A stretch of 21,184 bases of DNA from Nanobdellati archaeon (GTDB taxonomy: Archaea; EX4484-52; WAPT01): positions 1 to 21,184 of the forward strand of contig WAPT01000014.1 in NCBI GenBank assembly GCA_015520605.1. Reading direction: 5' to 3'. The translations under genes and the position numbers were made by a program. Shown here one piece after another: positions 1 to 9,200 of the stretch; positions within the stretch are counted from its first letter, which is position 1; every line of letters begins with the position of its first letter. The notes beneath the pieces were generated by a model that was not told the DNA's origin, searched no databases, and worked only from the letters and a program-made list of their open reading frames with translations.

Positions 1-195
1 CTTTCATTCCAAGCAGGAATTATCACTGAAAGGTATTTAAAAGGCGTATTCATAGTAAACCCACGTAACTTTAAAATTTTAAAAATATTTAAAAATCGGT
101 CAGGAAAATTGGCTTAAGATGGGAATAATTTTCTGTTGTTGAATTCTTAGCTTTCAATAACGAATTTCGAGAGGAGGTTTGGAGATAAAGAAATT

Positions 196-304
196 AAAGC
201 AAGCGAATTACTCAACTGCGAGGATTTGCTTTGCATAACTTGGGACTATGAAGAGGAGGAGAAATGGTGTTCATGCCTTTGTGGGAGTGGTCGTTGAATT
301 CGTA
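196..304 (+). pseudogene. Decayed 3'-end fragment of a COG1373-type AAA+ ATPase paralogue
   Basis: Translates KASELLNCEDLLCITWDYEEEE, then after a frameshift VFMPLWEWSLNS*. This matches the C-terminus of 353..1630 (EAGKELRCKNLLCITWDYEDEI...RFIPLWKWLLMG). 28 nt are identical (227-254 = 1536-1563). No upstream ATPase body is visible. Confidence 0.8.
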
Positions 305-313
305 AATTACAAA

Positions 314-336
314 AGTCAAATTTATAAATTTTGACT
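314..336 (+). promoter_or_regulatory. TATA box (TTTATAAA, 321-328) embedded in a near-perfect palindrome AGTCAAA...TTTGACT
   Basis: The TATA lies about 25 nt before ATG 353, which fits a leaderless start. Inverted arms are at 314-320 and 330-336. Confidence 0.55.
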
Positions 337-352
337 CATATTATGGATCATA

Positions 353-1630
353 ATGTATGAGGAAGTGCTCATCGAATGGAATTTTTGGGGAGATTTTGAT
401 ATAAACTACATAGAAAGAGATATTAACACCGCTGAGCTTTTGAGCGAGAAGTACGCTTTAGTACTGTTCGGGATAAGAAGAGCGGGAAAAAGCTATATTG
501 CTTACGGAAGCCTGAAGAAAGCCATCGAAAAGGGTCTGGACGAAAAGGAAACTCTTATTTTGAATTTTGAAGACCCTCGGTTGAAAAACATTGATGCAAA
601 AGACTGCTTAAAAATTCTTGAAATCTACTTTAAGTTAACGAACGCGAAAAATCCTATAATAGTTCTGGATGAAGTGCAGAATGTAAGAGCATGGGAAACT
701 TTCGTGAGATATTTGATAGAGAATAAACGTTTCCGAGTAATAGTAACGGGTTCTTCTTCAAAATTGATGAGTAAAGAGTATGCAACCGTGCTTACGGGCA
801 GGCACGTAGATATCGAGATCTTTCCTCTGAACTTCAGGGAATTTTTAAGATTCAAGGGGATAGAAATCAAAAATGAAGTCGATATCTATAAAAACAAAAT
901 CAGAATTCTCAGAACTCTTGATGAATATCTGGAATGGGGAGGATTTCCCGAAATAGCGTTGCTCGATTCTAAACTCAAAAGATCTGAACTTCTCAGAAAG
1001 TATTTTGACGACATACTTACAAAAGATATCAGTGAAAGGTTCGGAATAAGGGATAAAAGGTTTTTGGAATCTCTCGCAAATGTTTATCTTGCAAACATCT
1101 CGAATATAGTAAGGTTTAGAAAACTGAGCAGAGAGTTTAACAAAAGTATCGCGACGGTTGAAAGGTATTCATATCATTTTGAAACAGCCAGGTTATTTCA
1201 CTTTTTGAACAAAATTTCATATAAAGTGAAGGAGGTTGAAAAATCCCTTAAGAAAGTTTATGTTGCAGATGTAGCATTCCACACACGGCTTGCTTTGAAG
1301 TTCTCTAAGAATATCGGCAAAGTAATGGAAAATATTGTGTTTCTGGAACTTGCAAGAAAATACAGAATTAACAAAGAACTGTTTTACTATGTTACAAAAT
1401 CCGGGAAGGAGATCGATTTTGCTATAAGGGAAAATCAGAGGATAAAAGCCCTTGTAGAGGTTTGTTATGAAGATGATTTCGAAAGTCACGGAAAAAAGCT
1501 TGCAGAGGCGGGAAAGGAACTAAGGTGTAAAAATCTGCTTTGCATAACTTGGGACTATGAAGATGAGATTGAGTTTAAGGGGAAAAAGATAAGGTTTATA
1601 CCTTTGTGGAAATGGCTGTTAATGGGTTGA
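353..1630 (+). CDS. AAA+ ATPase, COG1373 type (AAA_14 + DUF4143 with C-terminal PD-(D/E)xK-like region)
   Basis: Walker A GIRRAGKS, Walker B IVLDEVQ, VTGSS, LTGR, GGFPE, KKVYVAD, and C-terminal GKEIDF...VEV. Confidence 0.92.
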   Translation: MYEEVLIEWNFWGDFDINYIERDINTAELLSEKYALVLFGIRRAGKSYIAYGSLKKAIEKGLDEKETLILNFEDPRLKNIDAKDCLKILEIYFKLTNAKNPIIVLDEVQNVRAWETFVRYLIENKRFRVIVTGSSSKLMSKEYATVLTGRHVDIEIFPLNFREFLRFKGIEIKNEVDIYKNKIRILRTLDEYLEWGGFPEIALLDSKLKRSELLRKYFDDILTKDISERFGIRDKRFLESLANVYLANISNIVRFRKLSREFNKSIATVERYSYHFETARLFHFLNKISYKVKEVEKSLKKVYVADVAFHTRLALKFSKNIGKVMENIVFLELARKYRINKELFYYVTKSGKEIDFAIRENQRIKALVEVCYEDDFESHGKKLAEAGKELRCKNLLCITWDYEDEIEFKGKKIRFIPLWKWLLMG

Positions 1631-1671
1631 ATTTAGTAAATCCCTCTTTGCACTCTCCCTTACCTAGCCTG

Positions 1672-2964
1672 TCATTCCCTTGTCAGTTTAAAGTAAATAG
1701 CGATGCAGACAGCAGCTATTACCGCAGCTATGATTAGAATAAGTGTCTTCCTCCCAGCTCTGGTTTTAACCTTAACATTTTCCTCACCCGGTTTTGTAAC
1801 CTTCCCTGTTTCGGGCTGCTTTACCTCTTTCGTCTTGTTAACCACCCCTCCCTCTGAAGGAGCCGGAGAAACCTCTTCCCCAACAGTCTTCTTCTCTCCA
1901 ACAACAGCAAAGTAGCTGAAGCCCGGAGTCTCAGCTTCATAGTACACATAATTGGCATCCTCTCCGACCATGGATGTGCTGAGCTCCTGCCATAACGTGC
2001 CTGTATATCTTAGCAGTTTGACCGTGCTCTCATCTATGTCATTTTCTTCCATCCATGCCTTGGAGACCTTGAACTTTATCTTCCCATACTTTATGCTTCC
2101 GGGTTCCGCACTCACCTCAATTCTGAGGTAGCTGTACACGGGTTTTGGTGGAGCGGGAATGTAAGTTGGTAAAGACTCCACCTCCTTCACTTCTCCCTTG
2201 ATCTCCATACTTTTGTTGACAACAATCTCCATCTCATCAACGGTTATGTTCCTGCCACCATCAAACTCCACTTTCACAGGCACATCAGGCTGAACATTAC
2301 TCACTGTGAACTCCGCCCCTGTTGGGGTATGAACAACGATTTCTGTTGGTGTGGAAGGCACTTTAACAGCTTCTCCTCCACCGCCACCCACGTAAACTGT
2401 TTTGATCAGGCTGAAGGTTGCACTGTTTTTGGCCACAGAGACTTCTCCATTTTCACCTGCTGCCACCACCCCCACATTCACAGAATACTCGCCAACCTGA
2501 TAGTTATCCAGCTTTATTACGACCCTGTAGGATAGCCTGTTTGAGTAACTTGTGTTATAGCCATACCCATAACCATAACCAAACTCATAACCACCAGCAG
2601 CATAGCCATACCCATAACCATAAGAGGCGTTAATCTCCACCGGCTCAACCCGGATTTCTCCCCCACCCATCTTAACACTGCCGTTGATATAGAACTCATA
2701 AACTCTGTTCACAGGACCTGTAACATTGAGTATCACATAGCTCAGAGGTACATACCGGTCCACATTTTGAAGTTCAATGTTTATGTTGAGTTCCAGTTCA
2801 TTGGTCTTTCCCAGATCCACAACAGATGATGAGGGAGTAACGGTAACAGTAACTGCACTCGCAGGACCGGACCAAATCAGCATAAGCACTAATAGAACTG
2901 TTAGAAGCAGACTGCAGTTTTTCTTAATGAGTTCAGCATAGCTACTTCGTTTTTTCCCACTCAT
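1672..2964 (-). CDS. Secreted, membrane-anchored cell-surface protein with PGF-pre-PGF domain and Gly-Tyr repeats
   Basis: Signal peptide (LLLTVLLVLMLIWSGPASA), GGGGG linker, PGF-pre-PGF signature FKVSKAW...YEAETPGFSYFAV, C-terminal TM helix with a short tail. Start moved to ATG 2964 because BRE/TATA (GAAAAAC-TTTTATAT, minus strand) lies about 26 nt upstream. Confidence 0.85.
   Translation of the reverse strand: MSGKKRSSYAELIKKNCSLLLTVLLVLMLIWSGPASAVTVTVTPSSSVVDLGKTNELELNINIELQNVDRYVPLSYVILNVTGPVNRVYEFYINGSVKMGGGEIRVEPVEINASYGYGYGYAAGGYEFGYGYGYGYNTSYSNRLSYRVVIKLDNYQVGEYSVNVGVVAAGENGEVSVAKNSATFSLIKTVYVGGGGGEAVKVPSTPTEIVVHTPTGAEFTVSNVQPDVPVKVEFDGGRNITVDEMEIVVNKSMEIKGEVKEVESLPTYIPAPPKPVYSYLRIEVSAEPGSIKYGKIKFKVSKAWMEENDIDESTVKLLRYTGTLWQELSTSMVGEDANYVYYEAETPGFSYFAVVGEKKTVGEEVSPAPSEGGVVNKTKEVKQPETGKVTKPGEENVKVKTRAGRKTLILIIAAVIAAVCIAIYFKLTRE
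2557..2623. repeat. Intragenic 22-bp exact direct repeat encoding two YGYGYGY blocks
   Basis: ATAGCCATACCCATAACCATAA at 2557-2578 and 2602-2623. Confidence 0.9.
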
Positions 2965-3019
2965 GAACTTTATCTTAATCATAAACATATATAAAAGTTT
3001 TTCAAGAAGGTATTAACTC

Positions 3020-3892
3020 TTATATTGACTTTAACTCTTCAATAACTTCCCTTATCGCCTCCAAACACGTTTCCTCATACAGTTCAGCGAGCTTCGTTGC
3101 CCTTTCGATCTCCTTTCTCACCTGTTGTTCTTCTTTCTCCAGCAGAATTTCAATCCAATTTAGGAGGAGAGAATATTGTCTCTCCACCAGCCTTACCAGA
3201 TCTGCGTCCATGCAGGCTTTCCTTATGGTACCAACATCAAACTCAGCTTTCCTTTTCAGCTTGTCCTTTATTACCTCCCGCGAGAGATAATATCCGTTGA
3301 CCTTCCTGTACTCGCCCACGGCGGCCAGAACCCTTTGCTTATCCACATCAAGAATGTCGGCAACCCTTAAAATGGATGTCATCTCCCTCACATCACCTTC
3401 TATTTCGGGTGAGGAAGGATCATCATGATACCTCACCACCTTCTCTATTAGCCTTGCGCTTTCCTCCGGGAATATCTTCTCAGCTATTTCATAAGCTGCT
3501 TTGCATGCTTCGCTCCCATTCGGCACTATGCCATTGTTCTCATGTACCTCATATGGCCTCACAAGATCATGGAGCAAAGCTGCTGCTATGAGCTCCTCCC
3601 TACAGTAAGGGCGAATAACACCAACCTGCCTGATCAATTTATGGAGATTTATCGCTGTGTCTATGGCGTGTGATGCTCCGTGGGAGGGCATATAATTTCC
3701 GCGTGAACACTTAAAATAATCATAAATTGCTCCCATGACTGCAGGAACTTTTTCGGGGTACGTATTGCAGAGCATTGATATCTTTTCTTTCCACTCTTCC
3801 TTTAGCCGTGTTACCTCTCCGTAAAGGTCGTTGGCAAAACCATAATCGTGGTGAGAAGTCTTACCGTCTTGTTCCTCATACCCCGCATGCAT
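3020..3892 (-). CDS. HD-superfamily metal-dependent phosphohydrolase
   Basis: SHGASH...AALLHDL...YHD...VADILD pattern, followed by a helical C-terminus. Confidence 0.8.
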   Translation of the reverse strand: MHAGYEEQDGKTSHHDYGFANDLYGEVTRLKEEWKEKISMLCNTYPEKVPAVMGAIYDYFKCSRGNYMPSHGASHAIDTAINLHKLIRQVGVIRPYCREELIAAALLHDLVRPYEVHENNGIVPNGSEACKAAYEIAEKIFPEESARLIEKVVRYHDDPSSPEIEGDVREMTSILRVADILDVDKQRVLAAVGEYRKVNGYYLSREVIKDKLKRKAEFDVGTIRKACMDADLVRLVERQYSLLLNWIEILLEKEEQQVRKEIERATKLAELYEETCLEAIREVIEELKSI

Positions 3893-3976
3893 ATTCTAAG
3901 TTGTTCGACCCTTCCTTTTAAATTTTCGTCAAAAAACTTTCAGAATATTAGTTAATGGTCGAATTAAAATTGGAAT

Positions 3977-4834
3977 TCACAGGGGTGGTATTGATGAAAT
4001 TATAAAGGAAAAGATGAGGATGAACATTGCTATCTTAATCCATCTCTGGGCCTTTGAAGGGTTAGAGCGATATCTGAAGCTGTTTCCAACAGCAAGCAGG
4101 AAAGGAAAATAAAGTAAGGTATACGCTGTTCTGTTGAGATTAAAAGCATCCCATATTATCGGGAGAGTGGCAAGTGCAGTACCGACCACAATAAAAACAT
4201 AAGCTGACATCATCGCCTTCCTCACGCCGAAAACTATGGGTATGGTTTTCGCTCCAGATTTTTTATCACCCTCAACGTCCTCAGCATCCTTCATTATCTC
4301 CCTCCCCAAGTTACCTATAAACGCTATGAGGGCCATGAACGCTGCCGCACTGTTGAACAGTTCAGCTTTAAGCTGATTGAAAAGGAAAAGCGGTGCAACA
4401 AAAACCACACTTGCGAGGTAGGAATCAGCAAGATTGCCAATAATGAGCATCCTTTTTAACTTCCACCCGTATATAAATGCCACCAGCGCGTTTAGAGATG
4501 CAAGCAGAAAAAAGGGAAAAGAAATTGATGCCGCCACGACAATTCCAGAAAGTAAGAGCAGGGTAAAAATCGTCAGAGCTTCACATGGTTTTATCTTTCC
4601 TGAAGGAATTGGTCGGGTTGGTCTGTTAACCCTATCTATATCCATATCAAAGTAATCGTTTATGACATTGCCAGCGGAGCATATAAGAAAAGTTGTTAAG
4701 AGAGCTTTGAACAGCGTCACAACATTAACAAAGCTGATTATCCCGCTTACTATCGCTCCTCCCATGAATCCCATCACTGCTAGAGCACAAACGCTCGGGC
4801 GGATGAGAGCTATCATGGCTTTCAGCTTCTCCAT
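3977..4834 (-). CDS. UbiA-family prenyltransferase, probable digeranylgeranylglyceryl phosphate (DGGGP) synthase
   Basis: NDYFDMDIDRVNRPTRPIPSG and REIMKDAEDVEGD aspartate-rich motifs, LIRP near the N-terminus, multiple TM helices. Start set at ATG 4834. Confidence 0.85.
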   Translation of the reverse strand: MEKLKAMIALIRPSVCALAVMGFMGGAIVSGIISFVNVVTLFKALLTTFLICSAGNVINDYFDMDIDRVNRPTRPIPSGKIKPCEALTIFTLLLLSGIVVAASISFPFFLLASLNALVAFIYGWKLKRMLIIGNLADSYLASVVFVAPLFLFNQLKAELFNSAAAFMALIAFIGNLGREIMKDAEDVEGDKKSGAKTIPIVFGVRKAMMSAYVFIVVGTALATLPIIWDAFNLNRTAYTLLYFPFLLAVGNSFRYRSNPSKAQRWIKIAMFILIFSFIISSIPPL

Positions 4835-4888
4835 ACATCTGTCTTTGGCCGTTAACAAGATAAAAAATTTTCATACCGAGAATTTTTC

Positions 4889-5731
4889 ATGGGGAAGAGA
4901 ATCACAAAACTTCTATTCGGTACAGCGGGCATACCCCTAAGCACCGAGAAACCAACAACGGAAAGGGGTATTGAGAGGGTTAGAGAGCTTGGCCTCGATG
5001 CAATGGAGCTGGAATTTGTTAGGAGCATACATATAAAGGAGGAAAAAACACCCCAGATAAGGAAGGTTGCCGAAGACAACAACGTTCTGCTGACGTGTCA
5101 CGCTCCCTACTACATAAACCTCAACGCTTCAGAAAAAGCCAAGGTGGAAGCCAGCAAGGAAAGGATAATCAATTCGGCGCGCATAGCTTATCTGTGTGGC
5201 GGGTGGAGTGTTGTTTTTCATGCAGCCTACTACATGAAAATGATAAAAGAGGAGGTTTATGAGAGGGTTAAGAAAGCTCTGCAGGACGTGGTTAAAAAGC
5301 TGAGAGACGAGAACATCGAAATCTGGATAAGACCGGAGCTGACCGGCAAGCCAACACAGTTCGGGGATGTTGATGAGCTGATAAAACTTGCACAGGAAGT
5401 TGAAATGGTATTGCCGTGCATCGATTTTGCGCACCTCCATGCAAGGTATTGCGGAGCTTACAACAGCAGAGAAGAGTGGGTGGACTTGCTTGAAAAAATT
5501 GAAAGAGAGCTCGGCAGAGAGGCTTTGGATAACATGCACATCCACATTTCCGGCATAAATTACGGCGAGAAGGGTGAGAGAAACCATCTGAATCTGGAGG
5601 AAAGCGATCTTAATTATGTTGAGTTGTTGCGCGTCCTAAAAGAGTTTAAGGTGAGAGGAGTCGTTATCTCCGAGAGCCCTAACATAGAAGGAGATGCTAT
5701 TTTGATGAAGAGGACTTATGAGAAGCTGTGA
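4889..5731 (+). CDS. nfo: Endonuclease IV (AP endonuclease family 2, TIM barrel)
   Basis: FGTAGIP, AMELEFV, HAPYYINL, VVFHAAYY, RPELTGK, CIDFAHLHAR, HIHISGI, GERNH, ISESP. Confidence 0.9.
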   Translation: MGKRITKLLFGTAGIPLSTEKPTTERGIERVRELGLDAMELEFVRSIHIKEEKTPQIRKVAEDNNVLLTCHAPYYINLNASEKAKVEASKERIINSARIAYLCGGWSVVFHAAYYMKMIKEEVYERVKKALQDVVKKLRDENIEIWIRPELTGKPTQFGDVDELIKLAQEVEMVLPCIDFAHLHARYCGAYNSREEWVDLLEKIERELGREALDNMHIHISGINYGEKGERNHLNLEESDLNYVELLRVLKEFKVRGVVISESPNIEGDAILMKRTYEKL

Positions 5732-5760
5732 TCCGCACATATAATATAAAAGCAGGTAAA

Positions 5761-6501
5761 CTACTCATACATAATTCCAATATCTTTCAGGATTTCCTTA
5801 ATCTCCTTGATTAGGTCGAATGCGAGGTAAGTTATGTCCCTATTCTTTTCTTTCACTTTGTATATAACGAAAGTCTCACCATCGATACGCTTATCCTCCA
5901 TATCTATATCCAGAAGAGCGCAACAGTAGACTTCCTTTACCGGATTCCTTTCCTTTATAAATTTGGACAGCTTCTCCACCGTTGCTCCGGAATAAATCAC
6001 ATCATCCATAAGGGCGATACTCCCTGCGATACAATCGTCATTTATCTCTGAAGACTCATCCCCTCTCAACATATACAGCTCGCCCCGATATGGCTCACTC
6101 GTCATAGCATTAACAAAACCTTCATACCTGCCATCAAGGCTTCTCACGCGCTTTATAGGAGCGTATGCAACCCGTACATCTTTGTCATCTTCCGCTTCCA
6201 GCATATCGAAAACTTTCTTCCCGCCGCTTCCAACAAGCACAAGCATGTCTGAGTTGTTCACAATTTCTTTGTACCAGTTTTTCAGCGCATCTTCGGGTAT
6301 GTTAACCCATCTGAAATTGTATTCGTACCTCAAAAACTTCGGCACATAGCTTCCTCCTGCCTTGGACGATCTTATGTATTCCTCAACAATTCCATCTTCT
6401 CTCAACTTATTCAGAATCTCGAGCAAAGTTTCACACTCTCTTTTTTCATCCTCATTTGTGTAAAATATGCACCCGCAACCATCCACTATGAACCTCACCA
6501 C
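5761..6501 (-). CDS. Divergent type I phosphoribosyltransferase-fold protein
   Basis: PRPP-binding loop IALMDDVIYSGAT, with LVLVGSGG upstream; substrate unknown. Confidence 0.65.
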   Translation of the reverse strand: MVRFIVDGCGCIFYTNEDEKRECETLLEILNKLREDGIVEEYIRSSKAGGSYVPKFLRYEYNFRWVNIPEDALKNWYKEIVNNSDMLVLVGSGGKKVFDMLEAEDDKDVRVAYAPIKRVRSLDGRYEGFVNAMTSEPYRGELYMLRGDESSEINDDCIAGSIALMDDVIYSGATVEKLSKFIKERNPVKEVYCCALLDIDMEDKRIDGETFVIYKVKEKNRDITYLAFDLIKEIKEILKDIGIMYE

Positions 6502-6515
6502 CTACAGCATAGCAT

Positions 6516-6842
6516 CTATATTCTTTCATCTGAACCACCACTACTTTTTTGGCAAAGAAAGACGACAATCATCCCAGCTGATGTAAGCCTTGCTGTCCTT
6601 CCCCCACCATAGATTATCAAACCCAAATCCTGCAACACTCTTGCATTGAGTTTGAGGGTGGAGAGAGGAATATTTTCCACTTCGGATATAAATTTGAGCA
6701 GGGATGAACAAGATCTATCAAGATTCTCTGCAACATACTTTAGAATGAGAAGCTGAACATCGTTCAGTGCCTTATAAATAACTCTGGATAATGATTCTTT
6801 ACACTCCCTATCAAGGAAGATCCAACTGCTTTGTGTTGGCAA
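6516..6842 (-). CDS. Small winged helix-turn-helix protein, probable transcription regulator
   Basis: LNDVQLLILKYV...IPLSTLKLNARVLQDLGLI...ARLTSAG wHTH pattern; GGTGAT/GGTGG SD-like sequence before TTG. Confidence 0.7.
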   Translation of the reverse strand: MPTQSSWIFLDRECKESLSRVIYKALNDVQLLILKYVAENLDRSCSSLLKFISEVENIPLSTLKLNARVLQDLGLIIYGGGRTARLTSAGMIVVFLCQKSSGGSDERI

Positions 6843-7029
6843 GGCACCACCATCACCCCAGACCTATTTTTTGAACGGGATGTTTTTAAGTATGGTGGAC
6901 AGGAAGATTTGTCCAGCAGTCCAAAACAAAAATCCTGACAAATGAATCAAACCGATCAAACTCTCAAAAATCGTAACACAGATTGTGAGAGAATGTCTTT
7001 AACAATATTTATGAACATATTGAGAGATT

Positions 7030-7830
7030 ATGCTTCAGGTAATACCCATTAAAGCAAAATCCATCTTCTCCAGATCCAGAATTCCTTCATGTGACTTCGT
7101 TGTGAATCCTTATGTTGGGTGTGAGCACGCCTGCCTTTATTGTTATGCGAAATTCGTATGTAAATGGAAAAACTACGGCAGCTGGGGTAGTTGGGTTGAA
7201 GTCAAAGAGAATGCTGCAGAGCTAGTGAAAGGGAAGTACGTGAATGGCACAGTTTACATGGCAAGCGTCTCGGATGCTTACCAGCCGATTGAGAAGGAGC
7301 TGGAACTTACAAGAAAGATTCTCGAAAACATGGATAAGAAGATAAGGCTCGCAATTCTCACAAAATCGGATCTTGTTGTCAGGGATGTTGATATCTTCAA
7401 GAAGTTCAAAAGCATAGAAGTGGGGTTAACCATTAACGGCTTTGATGAAAATGTGAGGAAGGTTCTTGAACCAAGAGCCTCAGATCATGACAAGAGAGTT
7501 AACGCTCTCCACGAGCTGCATGAGAACCGCATAAAAAATTATGCTTTTATCTCACCGTTCATACCGGAGTTGGTGGATCTGGAAGCGCTGATAAAAGAAA
7601 CGCGAGACTTTGTGGATGAATACTGGGTTGAGTTTCTGAATTTAAGGGCTGCAGGCGAGGAGTTTCGAAAATGGCTGGCAGAGAACCATCCATACAGTTA
7701 CAAGGCGCTGCTCAGCAAAGAAAAAATGGAGAAGCTCTTTTATGAAGTGCGCACCACTCTAAAGAAGTGTGGAGTTAATGTTGCGGGAATTGTTACACAC
7801 CATGCTGGCTTCAAAATCATCAGGTCATAA
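7030..7830 (+). CDS. Radical SAM protein, SplB-like (COG1533 type)
   Basis: NPYVGCEHACLYCYA (CxxxCxxC), SDAYQPIE, ILTKSDLVVRD, LEPRAS. Confidence 0.88.
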   Translation: MLQVIPIKAKSIFSRSRIPSCDFVVNPYVGCEHACLYCYAKFVCKWKNYGSWGSWVEVKENAAELVKGKYVNGTVYMASVSDAYQPIEKELELTRKILENMDKKIRLAILTKSDLVVRDVDIFKKFKSIEVGLTINGFDENVRKVLEPRASDHDKRVNALHELHENRIKNYAFISPFIPELVDLEALIKETRDFVDEYWVEFLNLRAAGEEFRKWLAENHPYSYKALLSKEKMEKLFYEVRTTLKKCGVNVAGIVTHHAGFKIIRS

Positions 7831-7921
7831 CATTTCCCGCCTCACATGATTAGGTTGTATATTAAACCATACAGCTACATGGAAGTGGGCTATCAGAACC
7901 CAACACCTATTTGTGAATCAG

Positions 7922-8767
7922 TCACGATTTTAAAGGAACAATGCTAAAAACTTGTACTTCATCTAAAAATACTTCATAATATCTCTTATTTTTATCGAAT
8001 TTTACTGTATTGTGTGTTACTCCTTTCAAAATCCCTGAAAATTCAATGTTTGAATTATTTAGGTATAGTGTTACGCTCAGTTTAATCTTACCCGATTCAA
8101 GGTTTTTGTTGATGTACTGAATAACATCTTTTTGTAAAAATTGAGTGTATAGATACCACACAAATGCCAGTGCTGCAAACTCCAAGACCACTTGAATTAT
8201 GTATTTCTCAAAACCCTCTTTCAAAATTGTATAAATCATCAGAAATAACAATCCACCGATATTACAAAGGTAAGCCCCAATTAAAGAATAGCGCAAAGAT
8301 GTTAATGAATCTTGTAATCGAGTGAATAGCGCGATCTTTCTGTCTAAGACTTCTAAAATCGACGAAGAAAATTTTACTAAAAAGAAAACCGAAACAACTG
8401 CCATAAAGACCAAAACAGAGATTACAGAGAACAGTATTCCAAAGTATAACAGGTTTTCAAGAGTAAACAGCTTAGATGAACCGTTCCATGTTAATTTACC
8501 CCACAACCATAATAAAATCAACCATAAGAAAACAGAAAACCCAAATATGGCCATTATTGTGTTTTTAAAGCTGTTAGATAACTGTTCAGAAAAGGTGTAT
8601 TTGGATTTGGTTATTGTTTTAATGACCTCCAAGATTGCCTGGAAGAATGTGTTCTTTTTCAAACGAGATCTGTAGAAATGCGAAATATAAATCGTTAATA
8701 ATGGAATGGAAATACCTAAGATAAGTTTTGATATTTGTATTAGCTCCATAACCGTCTTTATATCCAT
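7922..8767 (-). CDS. Hypothetical multi-pass membrane protein, AT-rich, with a possible C-terminal Sm-like beta domain
   Basis: 281-aa ORF with about 5 hydrophobic segments and a soluble tail VTLYLNNSNIEFSGILKGV...YEVFLDEVQVFSI. Confidence 0.7.
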   Translation of the reverse strand: MDIKTVMELIQISKLILGISIPLLTIYISHFYRSRLKKNTFFQAILEVIKTITKSKYTFSEQLSNSFKNTIMAIFGFSVFLWLILLWLWGKLTWNGSSKLFTLENLLYFGILFSVISVLVFMAVVSVFFLVKFSSSILEVLDRKIALFTRLQDSLTSLRYSLIGAYLCNIGGLLFLMIYTILKEGFEKYIIQVVLEFAALAFVWYLYTQFLQKDVIQYINKNLESGKIKLSVTLYLNNSNIEFSGILKGVTHNTVKFDKNKRYYEVFLDEVQVFSIVPLKS

Positions 8768-8816
8768 GATAAAGCTTGAACATTAAAAACAATATAAGCT
8801 TTTAAGAGGTTTGGGA

Positions 8817-9200
8817 ATGAAGGGTTCATACATCCTCCTAATACGGGTTAAAAATCCTGTAGAGATAAAGGTCGGCAAGCTCGGTAGAATTAAGTTCAAA
8901 GCTGGATATTATGCCTATGTGGGTTCTGCCATGAACTCGATAGAAGCGAGGGTGGCAAGACATCTCAGAAAGAACAACAAAAAGCTCTTCTGGCATATCG
9001 ATTATCTGCTTGGAAACGAGTATGCGGAAATTGTGAGCGTGCTGATCAGAGAAAGCGAGCAAAGAGAAGAATGTAAGATAGCACAAAAACTTGCGGAAAA
9101 ATTCCAAGCTGTCCCCAAATTTGGATGCTCTGACTGCAAATGCAGAAGTCACCTGTTTTATCTTGGCGCTTCTTTACCAAGAAACTTCCAGATCTCATGA
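8817..9200 (+). CDS. DUF123 / Uri-superfamily (GIY-YIG-like) endonuclease
   Basis: GSYILL, GYYAYVGSA, RVARH, WHIDYLL, EC, FGCSDCKCRSHLF; GAGGT SD 6 nt before ATG 8817. Confidence 0.88.
   Translation: MKGSYILLIRVKNPVEIKVGKLGRIKFKAGYYAYVGSAMNSIEARVARHLRKNNKKLFWHIDYLLGNEYAEIVSVLIRESEQREECKIAQKLAEKFQAVPKFGCSDCKCRSHLFYLGASLPRNFQIS

Noticed and set aside
227-1563. 28-bp repeat pair as a diversity-generating retroelement TR/VR
   Set aside because: No reverse transcriptase is in the window, the differences are not adenine-specific and include indels, and a decayed paralogue explains the match.
3020-3892. HD protein as a Cas3''/CRISPR or defence nuclease
   Set aside because: No cas genes or repeat-spacer array anywhere in the window; only generic HD motifs.
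3891-3963. Interleaved 7-bp inverted repeats (ATATTCT/AGAATAT, TTCGACC/GGTCGAA) upstream of the HD gene
   Set aside because: Short arms with spacers of about 45 nt in AT-rich DNA; compatible with chance.
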